Below, in pieces: positions 8,737 through 17,499 of a DNA stretch of 64,000 bases (position 1 is the first letter of the stretch; each line of letters starts with the position of its first letter). The stretch is from a virus. The notes under the pieces were generated by a model. It searched no databases. It was not told the DNA's origin and worked only from the letters and a program-made list of their open reading frames with translations. The translations under genes were made by a program, and so were the position numbers. Location: IMG/VR virus record IMGVR_UViG_3300025288_000012, positions 1-64,000 of that record; one strand, written 5' to 3'.

Positions 8737-10299
8737 ACTTCACCTGTAGAGCTGGTTAAAGTTTCTATCCTACTTAAGTAGGCACGAGTTATATTATCAG
8801 GTGGGCAGGGCCGCGATACATACCATCCTTGGGCGAAGTCACATCCTAATGCTAAGAGTACATCATGAACTTCTTTCGTTTCCACGCCTTCAGCAATAAC
8901 GCTGAACTGTAGATCGTGGGCAAGCTCAATAGTAGACTGTACGATATGGTAGTCCCTAACGTTATCCATAATGTTGGTCACAAAGGACCTATCTATCTTG
9001 ATTTCACTTATGGGCAAGTGCTTTAGATAACCAAGAGAAGTATGGCCAGTACCATAATCGTCGATAGAGAATTTGATACCAATGTTGTGTAGCGTTGCCA
9101 TTATAACGGCAGACTCACTCAGATCACAAATGACTGCGGTCTCAGTTACTTCCATGGTGAAGTTAACTACCTGCTGGTTGTACATTTCCAAGGTACGCAT
9201 AACCGTGGGCACAAGAGAGGAAGTCGTTAGATCTGTAGTTGAGATGTTAACCGATACTTCAAGGTCTATGCCTTCTGCTCTCCACTTAGCCGCTTGGGCC
9301 ACTGCAGTGCGAATAACCCAGCTTGTTATGTCCCTCATTACTAGAGTCTGTTCGCACATGGGTATAAATTTATCAGGCGTCAGTAGGCCCAACGTTGGAT
9401 GGTTCCAACGTATTAGTGCTTCTACGCTAGTAATCTTACCGCAGTGAAAGCACTTCTGTGGTTGGTAAAGAAGAATGAACTGGTTAAGTTCCACTGCTGC
9501 TCTAACAGAACCCAGCAGTCTTAGATTTTCGGGATTGTTGGTGTCGAACACCTCAGAGTACAGGCAATAACCGTTACTCCGCTTCTTGGCAGCATACATA
9601 GCCACATCGGCGCAGCGCAGTAGCTCACTTGCGGTACGTGCGTGGGTTGGGAATATAGAGGAACCAATGCTAATACCTACGTCAACGTCGTAACCTCGAA
9701 CAGTCATCTGACCTTCAAACGAACGTACCAGTCTGTGACAGACTTCTTCTACAGCCTTATCTAGATTTCCGTCTTTACAGTGAAGCTTGGAAGGTTCTAA
9801 GATAACGGCGAACTCGTCATCGCCCAGACCGGGCTATTATGTCCAGCTCTGGTATAAGTACTCTGAACTTTTCAGCTACAAGTACGAGAAGATCGTCACC
9901 AGCTGCGTGACCTAGGGTGTCGTTCACTAGCTTGAACTTATCCAAGTCCATTATAAGAAGCACCAGACTGGAGTTTCGCCGTAGCCTATTGTCAAGCCGC
10001 TTAAGAAAATGTTGACGACCACTAAGTCCAGTAAGGCTGTCATATCTAGAGCTTATATCCACCAGTATAGCCTGCCTGAGTAGCATGAGTAAGGATATGA
10101 AAAGACCCGCGTGTATAAAAAGTAGCCCAGTTTTAAGCTGCTCTTCCCATGGTGTAAGTACATAACAGGCAAGAAGAAAGCTTGTTGCTACGGCTCCAAT
10201 AATGGGAAGCTGATGCACAGCAAGCACCCAACTCAAACCACTTCGTACAGGGTCAAACCACCTTGGGAATTTTATCTGCATTTCGTACTGCCTAAACAT
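8733..10299 (-). CDS. Membrane GGDEF-EAL protein (c-di-GMP phosphodiesterase), split by a +1 frameshift at ~9828 into ORFs 9817..10299 and 8733..9707
   Basis: Two TM helices, then YDSLTGL, LIMDLDKFKLVNDTLGHAAGDDLL, AR/LGDDEFAV. EAL domain has YQP, EALIRW, VNIS, EVTET, DDYGTG, KIDRSF, AEGVE and QGW. Confidence 0.9.
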
Positions 10300-10334
10300 T
10301 TGGAATTAACTATTAAATTATCAAAGCACAAAGC

Positions 10335-10361
10335 AAAAAAGGCCCCGAAGGGGCCTTTTTT
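10335..10361. terminator. Bidirectional rho-independent terminator
   Basis: AAAAAA GGCCCC GAA GGGGCC TTTTTT. Confidence 0.85.
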
Positions 10362-10387
10362 AACGTGTGACACACAGCAGTTGTAGG

Positions 10388-10600
10388 TTACGTAGACCGA
10401 GCTAGAAGCTTGTGTTGGGGAAAATTCAGTAAGTCTTTCAATTCCTGGTTATCGGAAGTCCTAAGTGCCTTCTTCAACCACAGCAAATTCCTGAATGATG
10501 GATCAACTTTACGCCTGAAATCTGGAAGATTCAACTTGTCTGACTTGAGTAACTCGTTAAGCCTGTCCAAGTTCGTCCCAGCACGGTCTAGGTTTGTCAT
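10388..10600 (-). CDS. Small hypothetical phage protein
   Basis: ORF in operon; TNLDR pentapeptide duplicated at the N-terminus. Confidence 0.55.
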   Translation of the reverse strand: MTNLDRAGTNLDRLNELLKSDKLNLPDFRRKVDPSFRNLLWLKKALRTSDNQELKDLLNFPQHKLLARST

Positions 10601-11562
10601 AGGTCTACAACTGCTCCTTTTGAAAGTCCTTCACTGAAATACACGGACATAGCCTCAATAGCGGTAAGCTCTTCTGCGAATTTTTCTACCAGATGCTGCA
10701 CAAGATACTCAACCGTAGTCTCGGTATCGAGCACGATCAGTTTTGATTCGGGTGAATACTCGGCTCTGAAATAACCACGATCCGTTTCGTACTCGATAGC
10801 AACATTGTCAGGGTTGTGTGCTGCTACGAGGTTTTCTGAATTGATAAACGTAGCGCCGTCCAGATAGAAGGCGATCTTTGCCATTAGCGCTTTAACCAAG
10901 GCGTACGGAGACGCTCTTTCAGCTTCGTTAGCCAAGGTTTCCCTATCCCAGGTGCGATAGAAGACTTGCAAGAAGGACAAATGACCATGGGCTAGAGACT
11001 GACAACCCCAACTCGTGCTGTCACGTAGTCCATGCTGGTACCTGAATGTTGCCGCTGCCGACTCGATTGAGTATGAAGAGACCTTCACGATCTGCGAAGG
11101 GAACATCTGGGGTTCGCACTGGTTTACTACGTCAACCCGTATGTTAGCCTCGGGATACAGTCTGGATACTTCGGTTGTAAGGAAGTTTGCCATGTCCAGA
11201 CCGCACTCCTCCAAAGAGTAGTCCTGGGCAATGTACAAGAACTTAACCGCGTCAAGTGGAATGTCAAGATTGACAAAAGGAGTAACTATGTTAATCCTTC
11301 CTACGGCATTGCTGCGGACAGAAAACTTAGACCACTTGTCCAGAATCCAGAGCTTGTGATCGTAGCCGTTGTCGTGGGAGTCAATAACCGCCTTGAGGCT
11401 TTTCTTCAACGTGGAGAAGTCTACCACAACCTTCTCTTGCGCTTCTACTTCACCCGTGACGGTAAAGTTTGGATTAAACGATCCACCCACAACCCGGCCT
11501 TCGTTGTCAATGTAGGCATGGTCAATGACCGTAGGTTGATTTATGAAGATAGAGCTTCGCAT
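10597..11562 (-). CDS. queD: QueD-like 6-carboxytetrahydropterin synthase (long, two-domain T-fold form)
   Basis: TVIDHAYID, VVVDFSTLKK, DHKLW, HGL...CQSLAHGH, TTVEYL, FSEGLSKGA; adjacent to folE. Confidence 0.75.
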   Translation of the reverse strand: MRSSIFINQPTVIDHAYIDNEGRVVGGSFNPNFTVTGEVEAQEKVVVDFSTLKKSLKAVIDSHDNGYDHKLWILDKWSKFSVRSNAVGRINIVTPFVNLDIPLDAVKFLYIAQDYSLEECGLDMANFLTTEVSRLYPEANIRVDVVNQCEPQMFPSQIVKVSSYSIESAAATFRYQHGLRDSTSWGCQSLAHGHLSFLQVFYRTWDRETLANEAERASPYALVKALMAKIAFYLDGATFINSENLVAAHNPDNVAIEYETDRGYFRAEYSPESKLIVLDTETTVEYLVQHLVEKFAEELTAIEAMSVYFSEGLSKGAVVDL

Positions 11563-11563
11563 G

Positions 11564-12247
11564 TCAGTTACCACCGTTTGACCAGTCTATAAGCTGCATG
11601 AACTCTTGCTTGACGACCGGGTTTTCACGCATTGCACCACGCATTACCGAAGTAGTCATCCAGGATACATTGTCCTTCACGCCGCGCCACGTAGCACACA
11701 AGTGCTTTGCCTTGAACACTACGGCAAGACCCTTTGGCTTCATTACACGCTCGAGTTCGTCGGCCAGCATGATTGTTGCCTCTTCCTGGATGTGAGGACG
11801 ACGCATGATCCATTCCGTAAGGCGATGGAACTTCGACAAGCCGAGTACATTGTCACCAGGTAGTACACCGATCCATACATACCCTTGGATAGGTACGAAG
11901 TGATGGGAGCAGGCGCTGTTTACGGTGATAGGTCCAACCGTGTACAGTTCGTCCAGAGCTTTGATGTTGGGGAATTCAGTTGCCTTAGGCCGTGGTGTGT
12001 AACGACCGTGGAACACCTCGTTCATAAACATCTTGGCCATACGCCGAGACGTACCGTTAGTGTTATGGTCATTCTCGGTGTCGATTATACAAGCCCGAAT
12101 AAGTGCTTCAAACTTGTCCTCAATCTCCAGAAGTAGCAGGGCCCGCTCTTCCTCAGATACATGGGCAGAAAGGTTGTCCGAGGCGAAGAACCGTACTCCC
12201 GCAGCCTTCAGACGTGCCCGTATTTGTTCACTGATAGATTCACTCAT
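11564..12247 (-). CDS. folE: GTP cyclohydrolase I
   Basis: SACSHHFVP, GLSKFHRL, RRPHIQEE, AKHLCATWRGV. Confidence 0.95.
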   Translation of the reverse strand: MSESISEQIRARLKAAGVRFFASDNLSAHVSEEERALLLLEIEDKFEALIRACIIDTENDHNTNGTSRRMAKMFMNEVFHGRYTPRPKATEFPNIKALDELYTVGPITVNSACSHHFVPIQGYVWIGVLPGDNVLGLSKFHRLTEWIMRRPHIQEEATIMLADELERVMKPKGLAVVFKAKHLCATWRGVKDNVSWMTTSVMRGAMRENPVVKQEFMQLIDWSNGGN

Positions 12248-12263
12248 GATGTACCTTTGAAAG

Positions 12264-12581
12264 TTAAGATTTGAGGGGAGAAGGAGCGCCGGAGCGAACT
12301 AGAGATATACCAGAAGTTTGCTGCAGGTATTCAGAGGCTAGCTCATCCTTGGGTGCGTAGGGAACCAGATAGGTAGACGGATTGAATGTGATCTTGTCGT
12401 ATTCGACACTATGTTTACCGAACAGGATGAAAGGTATCAGTGAAACTGAGATTCCTTGAGCCGAAGGGAACGCCTGTATCTGCATTACCTTCGACAGTAC
12501 GAGCTCACCACTGTCAGACTCAGTAACAATTCGACCAATAAGGTCAATACCTGACACCAACTTCAAACAAGTAACATTCAT
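12264..12581 (-). CDS. Sm-like fold protein of T4-like/jumbo phages (putative)
   Basis: LKLVSGIDLIGRI...LIPFILF...YLQQTSGI pattern, recognised from memory of phage hypotheticals. Confidence 0.45.
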   Translation of the reverse strand: MNVTCLKLVSGIDLIGRIVTESDSGELVLSKVMQIQAFPSAQGISVSLIPFILFGKHSVEYDKITFNPSTYLVPYAPKDELASEYLQQTSGISLVRSGAPSPLKS

Positions 12582-12616
12582 GGGTAACTCCTTTCATCAA
12601 AAATAATCATTTACAG

Positions 12617-13009
12617 TTATACCTCAAACATCTTGAAAGGCTTCCTCATTCTTTGACACACTTCTATGCAGTCACGAGCTAGTCCCTTCTTGCCGTCCCA
12701 GTACACTATAACTCGTGGAACTCTCCAGATTATTCGGGATACTGCGACCGCTGCGGCGTCATCTGAGTAGTCTTGGTCACATACTGCAACACCCAGTCGC
12801 CTATAGTTGTACTTAGTGCACTCTCTGCGGATAAGTTTCCCAAGCGTGTCCTCTTTAATGGTGAATACTGTATCAAGAGGCCAGGCTTGGGATAAAGTGT
12901 ATAGAAGCTTCTTAGCTATAGGAAGTGCAAGACCTTCGTCAAGACCTTCGCACCCTATGATAGTTACGCTACTTGGTAGACCCATGTTACCGTTCCCAAG
13001 GAAAAACAA
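12617..13009 (-). CDS. Possible YspA/SLOG-like protein
   Basis: VTIIGC N-terminus and VIVYWDGKKGLARDCIE...KPF C-terminus. Confidence 0.4.
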   Translation of the reverse strand: MFFLGNGNMGLPSSVTIIGCEGLDEGLALPIAKKLLYTLSQAWPLDTVFTIKEDTLGKLIRRECTKYNYRRLGVAVCDQDYSDDAAAVAVSRIIWRVPRVIVYWDGKKGLARDCIEVCQRMRKPFKMFEV

Positions 13010-13505
13010 TGAATCGGTTATCCGTTGCTCTATCTATGGAGTTAACAAAGTCGCTAACTTGAAACTCACAGCTTACATTGCTCCACAGACATAAGGTAAC
13101 TATGCGATCTGCAAAGTGGCCGCCCATAAGTGAGGTGGCAATTTCCAGTAGAGACGCAAAAGTTCTACCCGAGTCGCAAATGTCGTCTACTAGATATAAG
13201 ACACCGTTAGGTGACAGTGACCGCATAAGGCGGTACCACTTTTCACCATCGTAAACTGCCTGGCTACCGTATTTACCGTTCGACCACTTGACAAACTCGA
13301 GCCTGATACCCAGTTTGTGGGACAAAGTAACTGCAGGTACAACTCCGCCTCGTTCGATACCAACTATCACACTGTTGGATGTTACTTCGGGCAGAAGATT
13401 GCGCGGCTGGAATCTAGAGTACAGAACGTCAATATCGGAATCGAAATCTTTCCACTGGTAGTGGATTTTTGGCGCTACAGGTTCAAGTGCAGTTGGGAAG
13501 CTCAC
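12987..13505 (-). CDS. Purine phosphoribosyltransferase (gpt/hpt-like)
   Basis: VIVGIERGGVVPA and PRPP-binding LYLVDDICDSGRTF. Confidence 0.88.
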   Translation of the reverse strand: MSFPTALEPVAPKIHYQWKDFDSDIDVLYSRFQPRNLLPEVTSNSVIVGIERGGVVPAVTLSHKLGIRLEFVKWSNGKYGSQAVYDGEKWYRLMRSLSPNGVLYLVDDICDSGRTFASLLEIATSLMGGHFADRIVTLCLWSNVSCEFQVSDFVNSIDRATDNRFIVFPWER

Positions 13506-13519
13506 AGGTTTCTCCTTGA

Positions 13520-14017
13520 TTAAGGATTAAGGCGGATTCCCTGGCCTTTGTCCCAGCCGAGGTTTCTCAATGTATTCTTCACCATGCTGACTACTTGTGG
13601 GTCAAGATTGAACCTGGTACGATTTAGCTCAACACTCTTCATAACGTCACCATCCTTACCACGCATAGAGCTTGCACTCCAGTCGGCAACCATTTCGAGC
13701 ATGTCGAACAGATCCATGCCGTGGACGCCATTTTCGTAGTGCTCAGGATGATGGGAATTCTCTGCATAGTGGTTTTCAAGTGCAGGCCGTAGATCCTTAA
13801 AAAATGACTTGTACTCGTCGGAACCGTACACCACATCTTTTAGTTTGGGTGTGTATTCCGTAAATAGCTCTACCTCGGCCGGTTGCATTTTCGACTGATC
13901 GTGTATCTCGGCACGCTTCATGAATTCCGCGCAGATAACGTTGAGGCGGTTGCGGACTTGTTCTATGTGACGCATCGTTTGATAGGCCATCGCTGCCTGT
14001 TCTTGGGTAAGTTCCAT
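13520..14017 (-). CDS. DUF5662-like HD-type protein
   Basis: IHDQSK, HYAENSHHPEHY, LEMVADW. Likely start ATG 14017 with GGAG SD. Confidence 0.75.
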   Translation of the reverse strand: MELTQEQAAMAYQTMRHIEQVRNRLNVICAEFMKRAEIHDQSKMQPAEVELFTEYTPKLKDVVYGSDEYKSFFKDLRPALENHYAENSHHPEHYENGVHGMDLFDMLEMVADWSASSMRGKDGDVMKSVELNRTRFNLDPQVVSMVKNTLRNLGWDKGQGIRLNP

Positions 14018-14144
14018 TGTGTTCTCCATGTGTGTTTGATTAGGTTTCGTCAGGATACTTGTGGGTAGGCTCAGATTCTGGATACTTGTGGGTGGGCTAA
14101 GACTTGGGCCAGATGTAAGATGTATACCCACACAGTGATAAAAT

Positions 14145-14254
14145 CAACCGTCCAAGGCGTTCCATAAGTTTGTGGTACCAGCGACGCTTATAGACAGCTA
14201 CCCCTCGGGTTACCCTTACGTCGCGCTTATGCTTTCGGTTACCTTAGACGGTTG
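14145..14254 (-). ncRNA. Candidate structured RNA / cis element (110-nt rod with nested helices)
   Basis: Nested complementary pairs in an intergenic gap: CAACCGTC/GACGGTTG, AAGG/CCTT, CATAAG/CTTATG, GCGACG/CGTCGC. Strand assumed from flanking genes. Confidence 0.45.
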
Positions 14255-14264
14255 GTTCATTACG

Positions 14265-15212
14265 TTACTCCGCGATACCTTTGATTGCTACGATGGTGTT
14301 TGCCATGAAGTTTGACACAACACTTTCGTCGATCTCTTCGTCTTCCTCAAGGTCAATGACGTTGGGCAAAATATCGTAGGTGTTTTCCATGTAGTCGTTC
14401 TTCAGCAGCAGGATTTTGCTGAAGCCGGCGTCTAGAGCCATGTCAGTCAGTTCTGACTCGGAGAAGTAGCGTTGAGACATTGCTTCTTTTACGTGTACTC
14501 GCCCTACAGTCTCACCGTTGTAGTTAATGAGAACCGGCTTTGTGAAGCTGTCAGTGACAGTTGAGGTCAGACGATCATAGACTGCCTTACGGTTCAATAC
14601 AACTTCACAGGTGCCGTGTGCGGGCAATCCGTACTCAGCGCGCAAAGCATGAAAAAAAGGTACTGGGAACGTTTCTTCCTCAGTACCCTTGGTTGCGTAA
14701 AGACCGTTCTCGTAGCCGTTAACTGCAAAGTCTAGACTGAACGCACCTACGTCAGGTAGATTGTCGTACATGTTCTTGAACAACTGCGCAACTACTGATC
14801 GTGCATGAACCGATCGGTGCGACCCATTGAGGTCCATAACTGAAGAGGCACTGAAGAAAAAGCCTACAATGAAGTTAACGTCTATGTTTAAGGCTTTGAG
14901 GTCAACTGAGAGTGCGTCACTACGTACTACTGCGCGGTCATCTGCGCTGCCGTCACTATCAAGGTAGCGATAGCTTTCGATCTTCACGTTCGCGTAGTCG
15001 TTAATGAACTTACGATGCTCACTCCGCCCAGCAAGAATTTCAAGCACCGAAAAGGAATTGAACCTTTTGGGGTCAAGGTGCTTGAGCTCATTCATCGTAA
15101 ACAGCACACTCAGAGCCTCACCTAACTTGTAGCTGGGTGTGCGCGAATACGTGGCGGCGTACAGATTGTAGTCGTGATATATGTGTTCAACTTTCTTGTT
15201 GCGTACTGACAT
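14265..15212 (-). CDS. Class I SAM-dependent methyltransferase-like protein
   Basis: SVLEILAGRSEH (motif I), YRYLD, SDAL, LFKNMYDNLPDVGAFSLD, RYFSESELTDMALDAGF. Confidence 0.7.
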   Translation of the reverse strand: MSVRNKKVEHIYHDYNLYAATYSRTPSYKLGEALSVLFTMNELKHLDPKRFNSFSVLEILAGRSEHRKFINDYANVKIESYRYLDSDGSADDRAVVRSDALSVDLKALNIDVNFIVGFFFSASSVMDLNGSHRSVHARSVVAQLFKNMYDNLPDVGAFSLDFAVNGYENGLYATKGTEEETFPVPFFHALRAEYGLPAHGTCEVVLNRKAVYDRLTSTVTDSFTKPVLINYNGETVGRVHVKEAMSQRYFSESELTDMALDAGFSKILLLKNDYMENTYDILPNVIDLEEDEEIDESVVSNFMANTIVAIKGIAE

Positions 15213-15882
15213 TTTTGTGGCCTTTAGGTGGGGTTGAAGTTATTGATGCGAGTGTTGCCTTTTGCGATTTCGATAGTTCGATTCCTAGTTCTTTCATGTA
15301 TATCGTGATAGTAGATGCTGACCATTCCCTGCGTTCCTGTTCTTCCTGCCTAGCCTGATCTGCTTCAAATTCCTTCAGTGCCTTAGCTGAAAGTACCCCG
15401 CATTTAACCAGACCACCTAGCATAGCTTTAATGCGAGATGACGAGTTTATGCTGTAAGTGTGGGTACCGTCTATTGCGTCACTGCACAAGGTACCTTCTA
15501 TTGCGTCACTGTACAAGGTACCATCAGACCCAACTACGACAGTAACTCCGCGATTCTGGAACACTTTTGAGACATCAATGCTCTCACCCTTAGGTATGGG
15601 AAGGACCTTTACGTCCCTGACACTAGAAATGGGCTTAGTCATCGGAAGCACCTCTTGTACGGGTTCGCACGTATCGAAGTCCTTTGTTTTTCTTTCTGCT
15701 CTAACAGAGGTTCTGCCTTTGACTTTAAGCCTGCAGCCAGGTTGAATGGTCTTAAACATGTAACACCACCCACCATCAGGGTGTTGTTTATGCGTACAGC
15801 CTTCGCATTGATGCGCCATTGGGTAACTCCTTCTTACATTTTTAAGGTCCTGCTTTCCACGGAACTCGTTCAGGATTGTCAA
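15187..15882 (-). CDS. Hypothetical protein with Cys-rich N-terminus
   Basis: ORF; contains a 27-bp tandem repeat (15463-15522) encoding GTLYSDAIE/GTLCSDAID. Confidence 0.55.
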   Translation of the reverse strand: MTILNEFRGKQDLKNVRRSYPMAHQCEGCTHKQHPDGGWCYMFKTIQPGCRLKVKGRTSVRAERKTKDFDTCEPVQEVLPMTKPISSVRDVKVLPIPKGESIDVSKVFQNRGVTVVVGSDGTLYSDAIEGTLCSDAIDGTHTYSINSSSRIKAMLGGLVKCGVLSAKALKEFEADQARQEEQERREWSASTITIYMKELGIELSKSQKATLASITSTPPKGHKNVSTQQES

Positions 15883-16150
15883 TACTTTTTCTTGTACTCC
15901 TCGAACTGAGTTTGTGGAATTCCGAATTTATGGATAGCGTTTTCCGTGAATTACTCCGTTTGGTTAAATACGCACTACTTACCGTAGTAAGTTGTAGGAC
16001 ACGTTTGACCATTAAGGTACTTCTTGCCAATCAAGCCGAGATACTCTAGGCAGAACTCAGCAGACGTAGCACCCAGATCTTCAACACGCTTCGAGGCTTC
16101 AACAGTCATCGCAGTACGCGCCTGGTTCCATCTGAGCCGTATTTTTCAGC
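15879..16150 (-). pseudogene. Decayed small ORF with in-frame stops
   Basis: One frame reads KIRLRWNQARTAMTVEASKRVEDL...YYGK*CVFNQTE*FTENAIHKFGIPQTQFEEYKKKY*; its last TGA overlaps the next TTG start. Confidence 0.45.
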
Positions 16151-16169
16151 TGAGGTTTTGTTGTACTCC

Positions 16170-16455
16170 TTAGGAGAAACGAAACACTTCGTTTATGCAA
16201 GCTACTGCCTGTTCACCGTCTTTAGCGAAGAGGTTTTTAAGCTGCTTTTGGTCCTGCAAGCGGTCAAGTTTAAAATGGCTATAAAAGGCCTGTACCTGCG
16301 TAACCCTTTAGTACGAAGAACAGGGCAGTCGATCTTAGAAAGTACTCAATAAGGCCATAGGCTTTTGACTGTATGCCGTTAAGCTCAAATGTTTTCTCTT
16401 CATGGACGTTGACTTGTGCTTGTGGAGCTGAGTCTACCTCTATCACGTTGTCCAA
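16170..16455 (-). pseudogene. Truncated Dda/RecD-like helicase remnant
   Basis: 58-aa ORF 16279..16455 reads FELNGIQSKAYGLIEYFLRSTALFFVLKGYAGTG-LL*, i.e. an SF1B helicase N-terminus broken in Walker A. An overlapping +1 frame gives a 40-aa protein-like tail ending at 16170. Confidence 0.65.
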
Positions 16456-16504
16456 TTTGTTCGTATTCCTATTCTCGGATCAATGGAACGTTGTACTCTA
16501 CAAG

Positions 16505-16720
16505 TCAGGTTCGTTTGATCTCACCGGTGGCGTCACGAAATTCTTGCTTTGTGGTCCAGGTAAGGAACCAACGTATGTGAGCTACGGGTCTAACGAACCG
16601 TGGGATACGCGAGTACCACTGCCTGCATTCTTGCTGAGTAGTTGCGTACAAGCCTGTCAACACTGGTATACCTAGTAGGTACAACGTCCCAGTCATTTCC
16701 TCTCTGCTGAAATCAATCAT
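16505..16720 (-). CDS. Hypothetical protein
   Basis: ORF with AGGA SD, in operon orientation. Confidence 0.45.
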   Translation of the reverse strand: MIDFSREEMTGTLYLLGIPVLTGLYATTQQECRQWYSRIPRFVRPVAHIRWFLTWTTKQEFRDATGEIKRT

Positions 16721-16729
16721 AATTCATTC

Positions 16730-16990
16730 CTAGGAAGCTGTCTGCAGCTCCATTATAGTTACAGAACGACCTTCGAGCTTTGACTTAAGCTCGTCGGAAC
16801 TTAGTAAGCTACTCCCCTTTTCAAGTTCAAGCAGACGCGTCAAGTGTAAGGCATACCTTCGCAATGCAATACCCGTGTCAAGCTGTTGACACTCTTGTTC
16901 CGAAAAGCTTTCACGCTCGAGTCCGGCCGATCGCCATAGTTGATTAGGGCCAGCAAGGGCGGCTAGCTGTTCTATATATGCAGGAGACAC
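16730..16990 (-). CDS. Hypothetical protein
   Basis: ORF tightly packed with neighbours. Confidence 0.5.
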   Translation of the reverse strand: MSPAYIEQLAALAGPNQLWRSAGLERESFSEQECQQLDTGIALRRYALHLTRLLELEKGSSLLSSDELKSKLEGRSVTIMELQTAS

Positions 16991-16991
16991 T

Positions 16992-17237
16992 TTAGTCTCC
17001 GCAAGGAATGCTTTTCAGCAGGGCGCCGGTAACCATTACCACGTACTTGTTGCCCAGGTTGTCCGCAAGAACCAAGTCCACTGAAGACTTGCTCTCTTGG
17101 GTACCTTTGCGCACCACGACGACTTGCTTTATCTCAACTGCCGTGTACTCACCTGCAGCGTACACAAAGCCCTTTGCAACAGCTTCGTCAGGACTTTCAC
17201 AAATAGTTACCGCCAGATGATCCATAACGCCGAACAT
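16992..17237 (-). CDS. Hypothetical phage protein
   Basis: AGGAG SD; beta-rich EIKQVVVVRKGT...VDLVL...KYVVMVTG. Confidence 0.6.
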   Translation of the reverse strand: MFGVMDHLAVTICESPDEAVAKGFVYAAGEYTAVEIKQVVVVRKGTQESKSSVDLVLADNLGNKYVVMVTGALLKSIPCGD

Positions 17238-17253
17238 ACGATACTCCTAAAAA

Positions 17254-17300
17254 TGGTGCGAACTACAGGAATCAAACCTGCACACCTTGCGGCGCAGGAA
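17254..17300 (-). pseudogene. tRNA 3' half remnant (T-arm, acceptor 3' strand, CCA)
   Basis: GCAGG TTTGATT CCTGT AGTTCGC ACCA; no D-arm or 5' acceptor strand upstream. Confidence 0.6.
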
Positions 17301-17302
17301 CT

Positions 17303-17380
17303 TGGTGCGAGTTATGGGACTCGAACCACCGACACACGGAATTTCTCATTCCGCTGCTCTACCAACTGGGCTACCCGCAC
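17303..17380 (-). tRNA. Degenerate tRNA (tRNA-Phe-like pseudo-tRNA; anticodon loop altered)
   Basis: TAGCCCAGTTGGTAGAGC D-arm, GCGGA/TCCGT anticodon stem with 9-nt loop ATGAGAAAT, GTGTC variable loop, GGTTCGAGTCC T-loop, CCA end. T-stem is mismatched. Confidence 0.6.
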
Positions 17381-17499
17381 ATTAGAATCACACGCGGATG
17401 CAGGCTTTTGCCTTGTCCGTAAGGTACACCAAACCATCAGGACGCTGCTCGAAGAACCCACAGTGTCGTCTATGGCCTCAGATCCTTCATAAGCTTCTC

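Noticed and set aside
14145..14254. c-di-GMP-I riboswitch reading of the rod RNA (GGTAACC-GAAA, GACGTAAG)
   Set aside because: Only fragmentary similarity; the two-hairpin tetraloop/receptor architecture is not present.
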